A DNA stretch of 64,000 bases from an uncultured virus (IMG/VR IMGVR_UViG_3300032086_001957). Lineage: Duplodnaviria; Heunggongvirae; Uroviricota; Caudoviricetes. The position numbers were made by a program, and so were the translations under genes. The notes under the pieces were generated by a model, which made no database searches, had not been told where the DNA came from, and saw nothing but the letters and a program-made list of their open reading frames with translations. This document shows positions 1 through 9,487 of the stretch, in pieces. The stretch is taken from IMG/VR virus record IMGVR_UViG_3300032086_001957. One strand, written 5' to 3'. Numbering within the stretch: the first letter of the stretch is position 1; each line of letters starts with the position of its first letter.

Positions 1-388
1 TTAAAATATCTACATTGAGATTCTGAATCATTTTATGTTTGATGTGTTGTTGTTTTTTCTCTTTCTGTATTCTACGAACAAATGCATAATATATGATTTG
101 TGTAAAATAAGCAAAAGGATTCTTTGATTTTTCAGGATTGAAATTACTTGCATATTGTAGACAATTTTCTATACCATCAGAAATCATCTCATCACGATAT
201 GTGTAATTTATAAAGTTTGGTTTGTAAGATAAATGATTTGCAATTTTAAGAAAACATTCACCAATATAATTTGTTACTGGTGGTAAACCTTCATCTTCTT
301 TTGCATTATTACACTTCTCTTTCCACTCTATCATAGCTTGTAGAAATTCTTTATTATCTACATAATGTTTTGTATCTTTAGTTGTCAT
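1..388 (-). CDS. gp55: T4-like late transcription sigma factor gp55 (5' part, runs off window)
   Basis: Manual translation MTTKDTKHYVDNKEFLQAM...YIGECFLKIANHLSYKPNFINYTYRDEMISDGIENCLQY...NPFAYFTQIIYYAFVRRIQKEKKQ; GAGGAAG RBS upstream. Confidence 0.93.
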   Translation of the reverse strand, partial: MTTKDTKHYVDNKEFLQAMIEWKEKCNNAKEDEGLPPVTNYIGECFLKIANHLSYKPNFINYTYRDEMISDGIENCLQYASNFNPEKSKNPFAYFTQIIYYAFVRRIQKEKKQQHIKHKMIQNLNVDIL

Positions 389-413
389 TGTTCTTCCTCA
401 CTTGCATTGTCAT

Positions 414-442
414 ATTATATACTTTTATAATAAAAGTGTCAA
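414..442 (-). promoter_or_regulatory. Consensus sigma70 promoter for gp55
   Basis: TTGACA (442-437), 17 nt spacer, TATAAT (419-414); spacer overlaps palindrome ACTTTTAT-A-ATAAAAGT (421-437). Confidence 0.85.
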
Positions 443-468
443 GTAACTAAAAAAATATTTAAATTTAC

Positions 469-497
469 TTGACACGACTTGACATTTATGATACTAT
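469..497 (+). promoter_or_regulatory. Divergent sigma70-like promoter, antisense to the uvsW operon
   Basis: TTGACA (469-474), 17 nt, TACTAT (492-497) with extended -10 TG; second TTGACA at 479-484. Confidence 0.6.
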
Positions 498-520
498 TCT
501 GTGTCGGTTTTGATAAAGTA

Positions 521-949
521 TTAGTGTAATAATTTACTTGGTGATAATAACGATCTAAACTTTTCTACGAGTTCATCTTCTATTTCATCAAGTTCTTTGT
601 CAGTAGGTTCTTCAACATCTTCTAGGAAATCTTCATCTCTGTTTTTAAATTCAGTATTATATTTATTTAATTTATTTAAACAATATTCATAAAATTGAGA
701 TAAACCCTTTTCAGGTTTTGTAATTACTAATATTTTACTAACATCTATTTTGAAAGATTCATCTTCACAGAAATGAATCCATTTAGAAAAAGAAATTCTT
801 TCTTCAAGAATACCTCTTTTATCACTTGGAATACTAACTAATTTTAAAGGATTAATAATTTTTATATAATTTTTTTCTTCATTAGTTGTAATATCACAAA
901 CGATTTCTTCACCACTTGTAAGTTTGAGTAGTCTATGTTTATCTATCAT
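521..949 (-). CDS. Conserved T4-like hypothetical protein (Sm-like N-terminus) next to gp55
   Basis: LLKLTSGEEIVC motif, acidic C-terminus, position between uvsW and gp55. Confidence 0.7.
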   Translation of the reverse strand: MIDKHRLLKLTSGEEIVCDITTNEEKNYIKIINPLKLVSIPSDKRGILEERISFSKWIHFCEDESFKIDVSKILVITKPEKGLSQFYEYCLNKLNKYNTEFKNRDEDFLEDVEEPTDKELDEIEDELVEKFRSLLSPSKLLH

Positions 950-1125
950 TCATCAGCCTCTGCTATTGTTAATTCACCTGCTTCTACTTGACGCATGATT
1001 TCTCTATAAATCCAATTGTCATCTGATATTGAAACAAAAGTAGTTACACCATCTATATCTACTATTACTTTGTCATTTTCTCCTGTAACTTGATGAGCTT
1101 CATATCTTGCATTAGTAAAAATCAT
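946..1125 (-). CDS. Small fibre-associated chaperone-like protein (59 aa, not in ORF track)
   Basis: MIFTNARYEAHQ...YREIMRQVEAGELTIAEADE; GGAG RBS; paralog of 33643-33813 and 35858-36040. Confidence 0.8.
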   Translation of the reverse strand: MIFTNARYEAHQVTGENDKVIVDIDGVTTFVSISDDNWIYREIMRQVEAGELTIAEADE

Positions 1126-1136
1126 TTTTAATTCTC

Positions 1137-2423
1137 CTATAATTCACAATCAACTGCATAATGAATAGCACCATAAGCACGATTATTTAGATTAAAACCA
1201 TTGTTCTGACCTTCTGTAGAAACACTAGTAAAAGTATATCTTGTATTACCAATATTGTAATTCCTGTTTGCCCCATTGTCATATACATACATTTGTCCTG
1301 ATGTGCCAGTATTTGGATTGTAAATTACAATAGAGGTTGGCGATCTTGTTCTTTTACGAACACCATAATGTGCTTGAATACGAGGATAATTTGTTCCACC
1401 TACTTCATCATAGTAAGCACCATTAAATGTGACTGTGCCAGGTGCTGTGTCATATTCATAACTCTTTTCATAATACCTTTGACACTTTCTTAATGTAGTT
1501 TCAAATGGTTCAAACTCGAATCCTGTTGCAACATCTCCTATTTCTAATTGACAACCTGTGAAACTAATATTTCCTTCGACACCTTGAAAAAAATTCGAGT
1601 CAGCAAGAGGTACATCAGTTGAAGTCGCATGATACATGACAGGAGAGATCACTATTGGAGAATAATCATACCAAGTATTTAACTGATAATGTGTAACTGA
1701 TGTGCCTGTTATTATTGAGAAGTATACACCTATACCTTGTCCGTTATCATTGTTAATAGTTTTATCTGTTTGGCCAGGAATAGTAATTATTTTTTTCTCC
1801 CATGTATCAGTTGCATTAATTTCCACAGTTGTAGCATAAAGGTATTGAGCATCAAAAAGTTGAAACCCAACAACTAATTTTTTAGCTTGTGACGATTTAA
1901 CCCAAAATGAAAATGTGAAAGGCTTAGCATCACTTGTTCCCCACATTAAGTGACAACAATTTTGTGCTTCTATTATGTGACGCATAACAAATTGTGTTAC
2001 CCTTCCAGAATCTCCAAAATTATTTTGATTGTAAGTGCCTGATTCACCAGTACCTGTTTTTGTAATTTTTGTTGAATATGAAAATCCTTGTCCAGCAGGA
2101 ACATCTGTTGACCGTTCAGAAAAAAGGTTTCCTGATTGAATACCAGACTGGTTTCCATCATTAAAACCAAATGACCATCTGTCTTGTGTATCAAATGCAA
2201 AACCAGCTTCTATTCCTGCACCACCAGATTGAGTTATTTGTGTACTTGCACTAGCTCTCTGCCAAATATTCATACCACCGTTAATTATTAAATTTCTCTC
2301 CCCAACCCTTGAAACACCTTTACCATCACTTAAACTTGAACCTTCAACTAAATCTCTTATGTTTTCATCCATTTCCTCATAAGTCAATGCTGAACCTTTA
2401 ACACTTCTTTTAGTAATTGTCAT
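1137..2423 (-). CDS. Putative fibre/receptor-binding protein with carbohydrate-binding-like domain
   Basis: NLIINGGMNIWQR...QLEIGDVATGFEFEPFETTLRKCQRYY...CEL shared with 33822-34973 and 36043-37092. Confidence 0.7.
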   Translation of the reverse strand: MTITKRSVKGSALTYEEMDENIRDLVEGSSLSDGKGVSRVGERNLIINGGMNIWQRASASTQITQSGGAGIEAGFAFDTQDRWSFGFNDGNQSGIQSGNLFSERSTDVPAGQGFSYSTKITKTGTGESGTYNQNNFGDSGRVTQFVMRHIIEAQNCCHLMWGTSDAKPFTFSFWVKSSQAKKLVVGFQLFDAQYLYATTVEINATDTWEKKIITIPGQTDKTINNDNGQGIGVYFSIITGTSVTHYQLNTWYDYSPIVISPVMYHATSTDVPLADSNFFQGVEGNISFTGCQLEIGDVATGFEFEPFETTLRKCQRYYEKSYEYDTAPGTVTFNGAYYDEVGGTNYPRIQAHYGVRKRTRSPTSIVIYNPNTGTSGQMYVYDNGANRNYNIGNTRYTFTSVSTEGQNNGFNLNNRAYGAIHYAVDCEL

Positions 2424-2659
2424 TTGAAATAAACTCCCACAAAACTTTTAGCTTTTAAAACTCCGTCATCAAGAAAAGACTCTGTTGCACTTGGATTGTC
2501 TACAAAATAATCACTATTAATATAACCAAACAAATCTTTTTCTTCATTTGTTAATGGTTCTGTAAAAACATAACATTGGTCTATCAGTTGCTGTTTAACA
2601 ACAGGGTCTGTTTCTACTGATATTTGACCTAGTAATGTTGCATAGTCTGGTTTAGCCAT
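2420..2659 (-). CDS. Hypothetical protein, possibly virion-associated
   Basis: 79 aa ORF overlapping both neighbours (TAATG and ATGA junctions). Confidence 0.65.
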   Translation of the reverse strand: MAKPDYATLLGQISVETDPVVKQQLIDQCYVFTEPLTNEEKDLFGYINSDYFVDNPSATESFLDDGVLKAKSFVGVYFK

Positions 2660-4128
2660 TATTTTATTTTTATCCTTTGTAACTCGTAATTAAATTTTTC
2701 ATCTGCGTAAATATTTATGCGTTCCAAAAAATGACCTAATGTATAATTTCTTTTACTTTTATATCTTAAATCATCAGCAATATCATAAAGTACAGCTTGT
2801 TCTTTTTGTTCACTCTTTCTTAAACCACGACCAATAGATTGTAATGTTCTGATTCTACTCTTTGATGGTGATGCAAAAACTATGTTATGTAAATTACGAA
2901 TATTAATACCAGTAGAAAATGTTCCATATGAAGCGATTATGATTGCATCTTTTTCTTCTTCAGTAATTTCTCTAATCTGTTCTCTTGTCTGTGTATCAGT
3001 TCCACCATAAACAAAAAATATTTTTCTCTTTGTATCACTCTTAATTAAATCATAAAGTTGTTTACCATGTTTTTCTACAAACTGAAATAATATTAAAGTA
3101 TTTCTATGTAAAACAAATGCAAGATTTTTTATGAATTCATTTCGTTTTGTATTCGTAACAATAAAATCTATTTCATCTTGGTACTTCATATCTTTTACAA
3201 GTTTACAAACTTCTTCAGGATATGATAAAACTAAACATCTTATTTTAAAATCAGATAATGTTTTCTTATCAATTAATTCTTTTGTAGAAACTACTTTGTT
3301 TAGAGAACCAAATAATCCTTCTAATACTAATCTATGTGTTTGTGTACCATCAATAGTTCCAGTTAAACCAAAACGATATTTACATAAATGCAACTTTGTC
3401 ATTATTGATGTTAAAGATTTTGCTTTGAATAAATGAGCTTCATCACCAAATACACAACCAAATTGTTCAAAGTATTTTTTAGGCATTTTATAGATTGATT
3501 GCCAAGTTGATATTACAATATCTTTTTCTACTTTCTTATCATGTCCTTGATAAATCTTTTGCATATGATATTCTAACCAACCATAGTCTAAAAAGTCAGA
3601 ATACATTTGTTCTACTAGAGATGTTGTTGGAACAAGTATTAGTATCTTTTTGTTTTCATCTCTTAATAATAAATTATAATATCTTACTAACGAATAGATG
3701 ATTAACGATTTACCACTAGCAGTAGGACTAAGCAATAATGCACGATTGTTTCTGATACCATAGTCAATGGCGTCAATCTGATAATCTCTAACTGTAATAC
3801 TTTTTCCTTGAGATTTGATTTTAAGACTTTTAATAAATTTTGATAAGTTTTCTTTAGATAAATCATTGTTAACTTGTAGACTGTCATCAAGTTCATATTC
3901 TTCCCCATATTCTTTTGCCCATTTTAATAAGTAAGATAAAAGTCCAACATAAAGTTCTCCTGTTGTTACAGAAAACAATCGTATCTTACCATCCCAAATT
4001 CTATTTCTATATGCTGGCATAAAACGAGCGCCAGGTACTTCAAATGTAAAATAATCTGAAAGTGCCATTGCAGTTGATCTCTCACAATCAACTCTCATGT
4101 ATACTTCATTTATTTTTTCTATTTTCAT
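2659..4128 (-). CDS. uvsW: UvsW RNA-DNA/DNA helicase (start probably MKIEK at 4128)
   Basis: SPTASGKS Walker A, DEAH box, LQSIGRGLR; ATGA overlap with upstream gene. Confidence 0.96.
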   Translation of the reverse strand: MKIEKINEVYMRVDCERSTAMALSDYFTFEVPGARFMPAYRNRIWDGKIRLFSVTTGELYVGLLSYLLKWAKEYGEEYELDDSLQVNNDLSKENLSKFIKSLKIKSQGKSITVRDYQIDAIDYGIRNNRALLLSPTASGKSLIIYSLVRYYNLLLRDENKKILILVPTTSLVEQMYSDFLDYGWLEYHMQKIYQGHDKKVEKDIVISTWQSIYKMPKKYFEQFGCVFGDEAHLFKAKSLTSIMTKLHLCKYRFGLTGTIDGTQTHRLVLEGLFGSLNKVVSTKELIDKKTLSDFKIRCLVLSYPEEVCKLVKDMKYQDEIDFIVTNTKRNEFIKNLAFVLHRNTLILFQFVEKHGKQLYDLIKSDTKRKIFFVYGGTDTQTREQIREITEEEKDAIIIASYGTFSTGINIRNLHNIVFASPSKSRIRTLQSIGRGLRKSEQKEQAVLYDIADDLRYKSKRNYTLGHFLERINIYADEKFNYELQRIKIK

Positions 4129-4700
4129 ACAAACTGTGGGCCACGAATCCAACCAACTAAACTTTTTCTAACACCTTTTGTTATTGGTCTTACTCTGTGC
4201 CACAAATTAGACCTGAAACAAACCATTTCATTTTTTTCTAAAACAATAGTTTCAAATCTTTTACCTTTTATATTAGGGCCGTGTATTTCTATATCAAGTT
4301 CACCACCCTCATATTCATTTGGGTCATTTAGTCCAATAGAAAAACTTAATTTTCTTACATCAAGTGTAGGTAAGTGATTAGAATCTGTATGCCAATTATA
4401 ATATTGACCAACATCATAAACTGTGTATTGTAAATCTTCTAACTTTGTTAAATTGTATTTCCAGTTACCTTGTAAATTTAAATACTTTATAGTAGAAAAT
4501 AAATTTTGCATTAACACAGCATCATTGATAAATTTTATTTTTGAATCTCTACTTTTTAAATTTATTTCAGTTTGTTCAGTTGTTGCATTACCACCTTTAC
4601 CAATTTCTGCACTTTGAAATTCTGTATGTGTTCCATAAATGTTTTGCAACATCATTTCATCTAATTGATAAATCAAATAATGTGATATAAGTTTACTCAT
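4125..4700 (-). CDS. 2OG-Fe(II) oxygenase, prolyl-hydroxylase-like (start probably MSKLI at 4700)
   Basis: YNWHTD, RKLSFSI.LNDP.EYEGGEL, WHRVRPITKGVRKSLVGW. Confidence 0.88.
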   Translation of the reverse strand: MSKLISHYLIYQLDEMMLQNIYGTHTEFQSAEIGKGGNATTEQTEINLKSRDSKIKFINDAVLMQNLFSTIKYLNLQGNWKYNLTKLEDLQYTVYDVGQYYNWHTDSNHLPTLDVRKLSFSIGLNDPNEYEGGELDIEIHGPNIKGKRFETIVLEKNEMVCFRSNLWHRVRPITKGVRKSLVGWIRGPQFV

Positions 4701-5136
4701 CCATACCCTCCATAAATCTTCTCCAATTAATAATATTTTTAATTTCAAAACTTCTACTATTAATTGTTTTCAAAACTTCTTCACAATAATCTTTACAAGT
4801 TTCAAAGTATTCTTTTTTCTGTAATAGAGTATTTAATTCTTCATCGGCTTCTAGATAGATTGGAATATCACCACGAAGAATTTTGTGGTCGAATGGTTTA
4901 TCTCTATATACTTCAGGACTTGCTTTACCAGCGTAGTATTCCCATTTTTCTTTTTTCAAAGTTAAATAATCAAAATGATGTTTTCTTTCTTGTAATCTAT
5001 ATTTTGAGAATAGTCTTAAGTATTTTATTTTAAGTGCATGAGTACGAACGGTTTCTTTATCACATTCGATATCATCTATTGTTATGTCTTTTTCTGATTG
5101 TATTTTCAATTCTTCGAGGGTCATAGTGAGTTCCAT
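4693..5136 (-). CDS. uvsY: UvsY recombination mediator
   Basis: KWEYYAGKA, YLEADEEL, INSRSFEIKNII.WRRF; synteny gp3-uvsY-uvsW. Confidence 0.9.
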   Translation of the reverse strand: MELTMTLEELKIQSEKDITIDDIECDKETVRTHALKIKYLRLFSKYRLQERKHHFDYLTLKKEKWEYYAGKASPEVYRDKPFDHKILRGDIPIYLEADEELNTLLQKKEYFETCKDYCEEVLKTINSRSFEIKNIINWRRFMEGMDE

Positions 5137-5140
5137 AATT

Positions 5141-5246
5141 TAAAAAGAGAGTGAGCAGTTTGGTTTGCAACTTGCAGTTTCTATATTATCTATTGAAAGA
5201 CTGAAAGGTTGTCAAATGTTCAAGCCAACCTTAAACTGCTCATAAT
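5141..5246 (-). ncRNA. Candidate structured RNA (unassigned) between gp3 and uvsY
   Basis: 10-bp closing stem TGAGCAGTTT/AAACTGCTCA, internal 7-bp hairpin, starts just after a late promoter, ends in a pyrimidine/U run. Confidence 0.55.
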
Positions 5247-5254
5247 TATTTATA
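5247..5254 (-). promoter_or_regulatory. T4 late promoter TATAAATA
   Basis: Exact consensus overlapping the gp3 stop codon. Confidence 0.8.
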
Positions 5255-5843
5255 AAGTTTCAAATTCATAGATTGAATATTTGAAAGTTACTGTAGCTGT
5301 TAATGGTGTAGTTGTTGTAGATTGAACATCATACTCAACACCAGTAAGTGCAGATGGATATAAACTTTTAAAATTAACTCTGACTGTTGGATTATTTTTA
5401 TTTGTCAAAATAGTTAATGTCGCATCACTTTCCAATGCAGATATATTTGCAACTCTTGAACTTGTGTTTGTTCTACTAACATCACCACCTGCGTTTGGTT
5501 TTAATCCAGCTTCACCAGATGCAATTGCGTTTGCAAATTGTGTTGTACTTTGTGGAAAACCTATACCAATAATCCAATCATGTACTTCAATATAATTTGC
5601 AAAATTTTCTTGTACAATAAAAGTAAGATTCAAATCTTCATAATTTACAACTTCACCCATTGCAGGTATTCTTTTAAATCTTGTTGTATATTCTGCATTA
5701 CCATCAAACGATAAGCCTGGTATGTTTGCTCGTATAACATTATACTGAACATTAGGTAATTTCATTATATCAAATCTAAACTGTGTATTATTTGCATAGT
5801 CTATATTTGATGGTTGTCTTGCAAGTGGGTTAAAATCTACCAT
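5250..5843 (-). CDS. gp3: Tail completion / tube terminator gp3
   Basis: FRFDIMKLPNVQY..RANIPG, YEDLNLTFIVQENF.NY.EVHDWI, SDATLTILTNKNNP; follows gp23. Confidence 0.88.
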   Translation of the reverse strand: MVDFNPLARQPSNIDYANNTQFRFDIMKLPNVQYNVIRANIPGLSFDGNAEYTTRFKRIPAMGEVVNYEDLNLTFIVQENFANYIEVHDWIIGIGFPQSTTQFANAIASGEAGLKPNAGGDVSRTNTSSRVANISALESDATLTILTNKNNPTVRVNFKSLYPSALTGVEYDVQSTTTTPLTATVTFKYSIYEFETL

Positions 5844-5864
5844 AGTATTTTCCTTATATGATAC

Positions 5865-5872
5865 TATTTATA
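5865..5872 (-). promoter_or_regulatory. T4 late promoter for gp3
   Basis: TATAAATA about 20 nt before ATG. Confidence 0.8.
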
Positions 5873-5875
5873 CAC

Positions 5876-5910
5876 AAAAAAAAAAGACCCACTTTTTAGG
5901 GTGGGTCTTT
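5876..5910 (-). terminator. Rho-independent terminator after gp23
   Basis: AAAGACCCAC/GTGGGTCTTT stem followed by a long U tract on the minus strand. Confidence 0.9.
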
Positions 5911-5948
5911 AGTGCGAGGTATATTATTTTATTATTATAAAATTACTA

Positions 5949-7235
5949 TTATACTAAATTAGTAACCTTTACTCTACGATAGTAGACATTAGCATTTGCA
6001 GTCATTGTTCCGTCTGTAATTGCTGTGCTACCTCTAGAGAATGGATTCATTGCAAGACCGTATCTTGTTTTGAAACCAATTTTTGGTTGGAAAGTGTTTT
6101 CACCAACTGCACGAACCATTTGCAATGGAACATATGGGCAGTAGTAAAGACCTGCATCATAAGGTGAAGAACCCTTATATCCAACAACGAAGAACTGGTC
6201 AGCAGAACCGTTAGCAGAATATGGGTCAATATACACTTTGTACTTACCATTGATTGTACCAGCAAAAGTATTACCAGTATCGTCAACATTTAAGTTAGTG
6301 TTTAATGCAGGAGCATAGTCAAGAACACCAGCCATTGAAAGTGCAGAAGCAACATCTGAAGAACAGATAACTATGTTACCTTTTCCTCTACGAGTTTCTT
6401 GTGCAACAACATTTGCATCTCTTTCAACTTGGAATAATAGTCCTTTGAATTTCTCAACAGACCATCTACCATTTGAATCTGCATCTAAATCGAATGTACC
6501 TTGTGTAGTTGTATCTACAGCAGCACCTTCTTTTGCAGTAATGTAAATGTTTCTAACAACTTCTCTATTGATTTCAGCAAGAATCTCACTAGAAAGAATG
6601 TTAGCAAGTTCTGTTTCTGCGTCTAAACCGTGAATTGCTTTTAAGTCTTGAGCAAGTTCCATTGTGTACTCAGCTTTTAAAGCTCTTGATCTTGCAGTAA
6701 CAGTTTGCTTGTCAATTGAGAACGCCATTTGTGCAAAAGCGTTTGTTGCAGAATCACCTTTTGCTTCAGCAGCCGATGTTTGCATTGCAACACCAGTTAC
6801 ATAAGAACCAGCAGGGTCATCATTAAGAACAGAAGGGTTAGTACCTTGCATTTGAGCAGCACCACCAGAAAAGTCGTTATCTGCTTCGTTGTAGAAAGCT
6901 TCAGTACCACTTTGTGATGAATACTTAGCTCTCATTGCAAAGATAAGACCTGTTGGGCCTGTCATAGGTTGTACACCACAAACATCATATGCAATTAAGT
7001 TAGGCATTGATCTTCTAACTAAAGAAATTAGGATTGGATCCCAATTTCCTACACCAGCAGTTGAGTTTGTAGGTGCAGCCTCTGAAAGAAATGCGGCATC
7101 TTCTTTGAGGGCTTTTTCTTGGTTTTCTAGGATAACTGTGGTTACAGCTTTTCTATAAGAGTCTTTGATTTCAGGTAAATCTTTATGCTCTAATACTGGC
7201 TGCCACTTTTCCTGTAAATGTTCAGTTTGAAACAT
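5949..7235 (-). CDS. gp23: Major capsid protein gp23
   Basis: LVRRSMPNLIAYDVCGVQPMTGPTGLIFAMR, ELAQDLKAIHGLDAE, FQPKIGFKTRYG. Confidence 0.99.
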   Translation of the reverse strand: MFQTEHLQEKWQPVLEHKDLPEIKDSYRKAVTTVILENQEKALKEDAAFLSEAAPTNSTAGVGNWDPILISLVRRSMPNLIAYDVCGVQPMTGPTGLIFAMRAKYSSQSGTEAFYNEADNDFSGGAAQMQGTNPSVLNDDPAGSYVTGVAMQTSAAEAKGDSATNAFAQMAFSIDKQTVTARSRALKAEYTMELAQDLKAIHGLDAETELANILSSEILAEINREVVRNIYITAKEGAAVDTTTQGTFDLDADSNGRWSVEKFKGLLFQVERDANVVAQETRRGKGNIVICSSDVASALSMAGVLDYAPALNTNLNVDDTGNTFAGTINGKYKVYIDPYSANGSADQFFVVGYKGSSPYDAGLYYCPYVPLQMVRAVGENTFQPKIGFKTRYGLAMNPFSRGSTAITDGTMTANANVYYRRVKVTNLV

Positions 7236-7296
7236 TTGTATTTCTCCTTTTACAGTTTGTTAATATTATTTATTAAATTTTAAGTTTTTACACTTA

Positions 7297-8346
7297 TCAC
7301 TTTTTTGTTTTAGTGATTGCAGCCAAGTAACTTGCCATTGAACCACTAACTTCCTTCGATTCTACCTCTGATGAATCAGATTCAGAATCTACAGATTCAC
7401 TAACTACTTTCTTCTTTGGGAAATAACTTTCTTTCAATGTTTCAAGCTTTTCCTTAAAAGATTCTTCCGTAGTAAATTCAGCATCTTTTGCTAATTCTTT
7501 AAACTTCTCAACTTCTGTGTCTGCTAAATCAGCAGAAACTTCAGCGATTAAAGAATCACGAACCATTCCAGATACTTTACCGTTTAACTCGGCATTTTTC
7601 TCGACTTGTTCGTTCAATTTCTTCTCTAACTCGTCAATCTTTTCAGATTGTGATTCGAGAACATCATACTTCTCATTTGGTACATCAATATAATGCTCTT
7701 CAAAAAGAGTTTTAAGACCAGAAATGAAATCTTCAGCAATTTCACCCTTTAATCCTCTTTCGATAGCTAATTCATTATCTTTTAACCATTGTTCTACAAC
7801 ATAGTTTAGATAGTTATCAACTTTTTCAGTTAAATCGGATTTAAAAGATTCCATTTGAGTTTCTGTTTCTTTTTTGCTTTCTTCTTCAATTCTTTCAACT
7901 TCTGAACGAATTTTAGATTTTACAGCAGCTTCAAAGATTGTTTTTGCTTTGTTTTTGAATTCTTCAGACAATTCTTGTCCATTCATTAACGCATCAACAT
8001 CTTCAGAAACATCAATAGATGCTAAACGACTATCAAGAGTAGATTCCTCTTTCTCATCTTTCTCAACATCTTCTTTTTGTTCATCTGCTTTCATGTTGTA
8101 ACCAGCAGCAACTTTTTTGGCTTTTGGATCAGCGGCTTTCTTGATTTTATCTCCAGCTTTTGCAGAACCAGTATCTTTATCTTGTGGTTCGTCAACAGCA
8201 GGGCCTAAATCTTGAACTTCTCCATCAACCTTCTTCATTGAATCACCTTTAGCAGCTCCTTTTTTCGCAACATCAGCTTGTGCTTCTTCTAATTCTTGCG
8301 ATACTTCTGCCTCAAGTTCCTCAATTGTCTTATCTATTTCTGACAT
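7297..8346 (-). CDS. gp22: Prohead core scaffold gp22
   Basis: ELSEEFKNKAKTIFEAAV, VDNYLNYVVEQW, coiled-coil; between gp21 and gp23. Confidence 0.95.
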   Translation of the reverse strand: MSEIDKTIEELEAEVSQELEEAQADVAKKGAAKGDSMKKVDGEVQDLGPAVDEPQDKDTGSAKAGDKIKKAADPKAKKVAAGYNMKADEQKEDVEKDEKEESTLDSRLASIDVSEDVDALMNGQELSEEFKNKAKTIFEAAVKSKIRSEVERIEEESKKETETQMESFKSDLTEKVDNYLNYVVEQWLKDNELAIERGLKGEIAEDFISGLKTLFEEHYIDVPNEKYDVLESQSEKIDELEKKLNEQVEKNAELNGKVSGMVRDSLIAEVSADLADTEVEKFKELAKDAEFTTEESFKEKLETLKESYFPKKKVVSESVDSESDSSEVESKEVSGSMASYLAAITKTKK

Positions 8347-8382
8347 TGGGATTTCTCCTTTGGTTGTTGTTTTGTCATATTA

Positions 8383-8390
8383 TATTTATA
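8383..8390 (-). promoter_or_regulatory. T4 late promoter for gp22
   Basis: TATAAATA in intergenic gap. Confidence 0.8.
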
Positions 8391-8393
8391 ATT

Positions 8394-9038
8394 TTAAAGT
8401 TTTTTAAGGAACTTTGCAAACGCAAGCGCTTCAAAATTGTAAGTTTTTTTACGCACATCTGCTTCGATATCTTCCTTAATTTGTTCGACTTCTACCTCTT
8501 TAAGAATACCATTGTACCAAATCCACTCTTTACCCTCCATAATACCTTGAACAAAGGCTTTGGGTGCAGATGGGTCTGCAACGATATCAGCAGCGGTTGC
8601 CAAATAAAAGTCATTTTTCACATAATTTGCACCATTTCTAGTTTCTAGTGAACCCATGCCTCTAGATGAAACACCAAGTTTACCACCGTCTTTAATAAGT
8701 GCTTTCGCAATGTTCCCCATAGGAGTGGACAATAATTTTGCCTCACCAATGAAGTTCTTTCCATCAGGCTCTAATTTCGTAACCATGTGTGAAACTCTGT
8801 CAAGATTGACAGTAGGCCCATCTGGGTGTCCTAGTTCACCATAAGCACGACCTTCAGCCACAAATTCTTTGTTGTATCTATCTACTTCTTTTTGTAAAAC
8901 TTGCATAGGATAGACACGACCATTTCTGTTTTTAATGTCTGCTTGCATGAAGATTCCACGAATCTTCATTTGTTTTTCGCCGTCTTTTTCTTCAACAATA
9001 TATTCTACATCATTGATTTCTTCTGCGATTAATTTCAT
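8394..9038 (-). CDS. gp21: Prohead protease gp21
   Basis: KNRNGRVYP, GELGHPDGPTVNLDRVSH, GVSSRGMGSL, DIVADPSAP. Confidence 0.97.
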   Translation of the reverse strand: MKLIAEEINDVEYIVEEKDGEKQMKIRGIFMQADIKNRNGRVYPMQVLQKEVDRYNKEFVAEGRAYGELGHPDGPTVNLDRVSHMVTKLEPDGKNFIGEAKLLSTPMGNIAKALIKDGGKLGVSSRGMGSLETRNGANYVKNDFYLATAADIVADPSAPKAFVQGIMEGKEWIWYNGILKEVEVEQIKEDIEADVRKKTYNFEALAFAKFLKKL

Positions 9039-9049
9039 AGTTATTTCCT

Positions 9050-9328
9050 TTAAATTGATAACATTTCTTTTTCAAAATAACTCATAATGTTCTTTTCAGG
9101 TACATTATGTTTCTTTGAAACTTGTTTTATTGTTTTTTCAAAAGTATTTATAAAATCTGACGGCTTTTTATCCATAATTGTAAAAATTTCATCAACAGCC
9201 TTCTTCATTTTAGGTGTTAATTTCTTATACTGTTGCGTCATTTTGTGTTCATCTTTTTCAGGCAACTGTTTTCTAAAATTTTCAAACGATTTAATCACTA
9301 CTTTCTTCCTCTGGTGTTTCTGGAACAT
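9050..9328 (-). CDS. Small head-module protein (gp68 position; start uncertain)
   Basis: Lys-rich ORF between gp67-like gene and gp21. Confidence 0.55.
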   Translation of the reverse strand: MFQKHQRKKVVIKSFENFRKQLPEKDEHKMTQQYKKLTPKMKKAVDEIFTIMDKKPSDFINTFEKTIKQVSKKHNVPEKNIMSYFEKEMLSI

Positions 9329-9476
9329 GATTCTTAATCATTGACTGTGAAACTTCTTGTCTTTTAACTGCAAGAGCATCACCAACTTTATTTGTTATAA
9401 TAGAGTTGAAATGTGTTTCTGCTGAAACATTGTCACCACCAGATAGTGAATCTACAAAATCTTTAATATCACTCAT
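9291..9476 (-). CDS. Prohead core protein gp67-like
   Basis: Small acidic ORF directly after portal, GGAG RBS. Confidence 0.65.
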   Translation of the reverse strand: MSDIKDFVDSLSGGDNVSAETHFNSIITNKVGDALAVKRQEVSQSMIKNHVPETPEEESSD

Positions 9477-9487
9477 AATTTATCTCC

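Noticed and set aside
5141..5246. tRNA or hammerhead ribozyme
   Set aside because: No T-loop GTTCRA, anticodon arm or CCA end; no CUGANGA core
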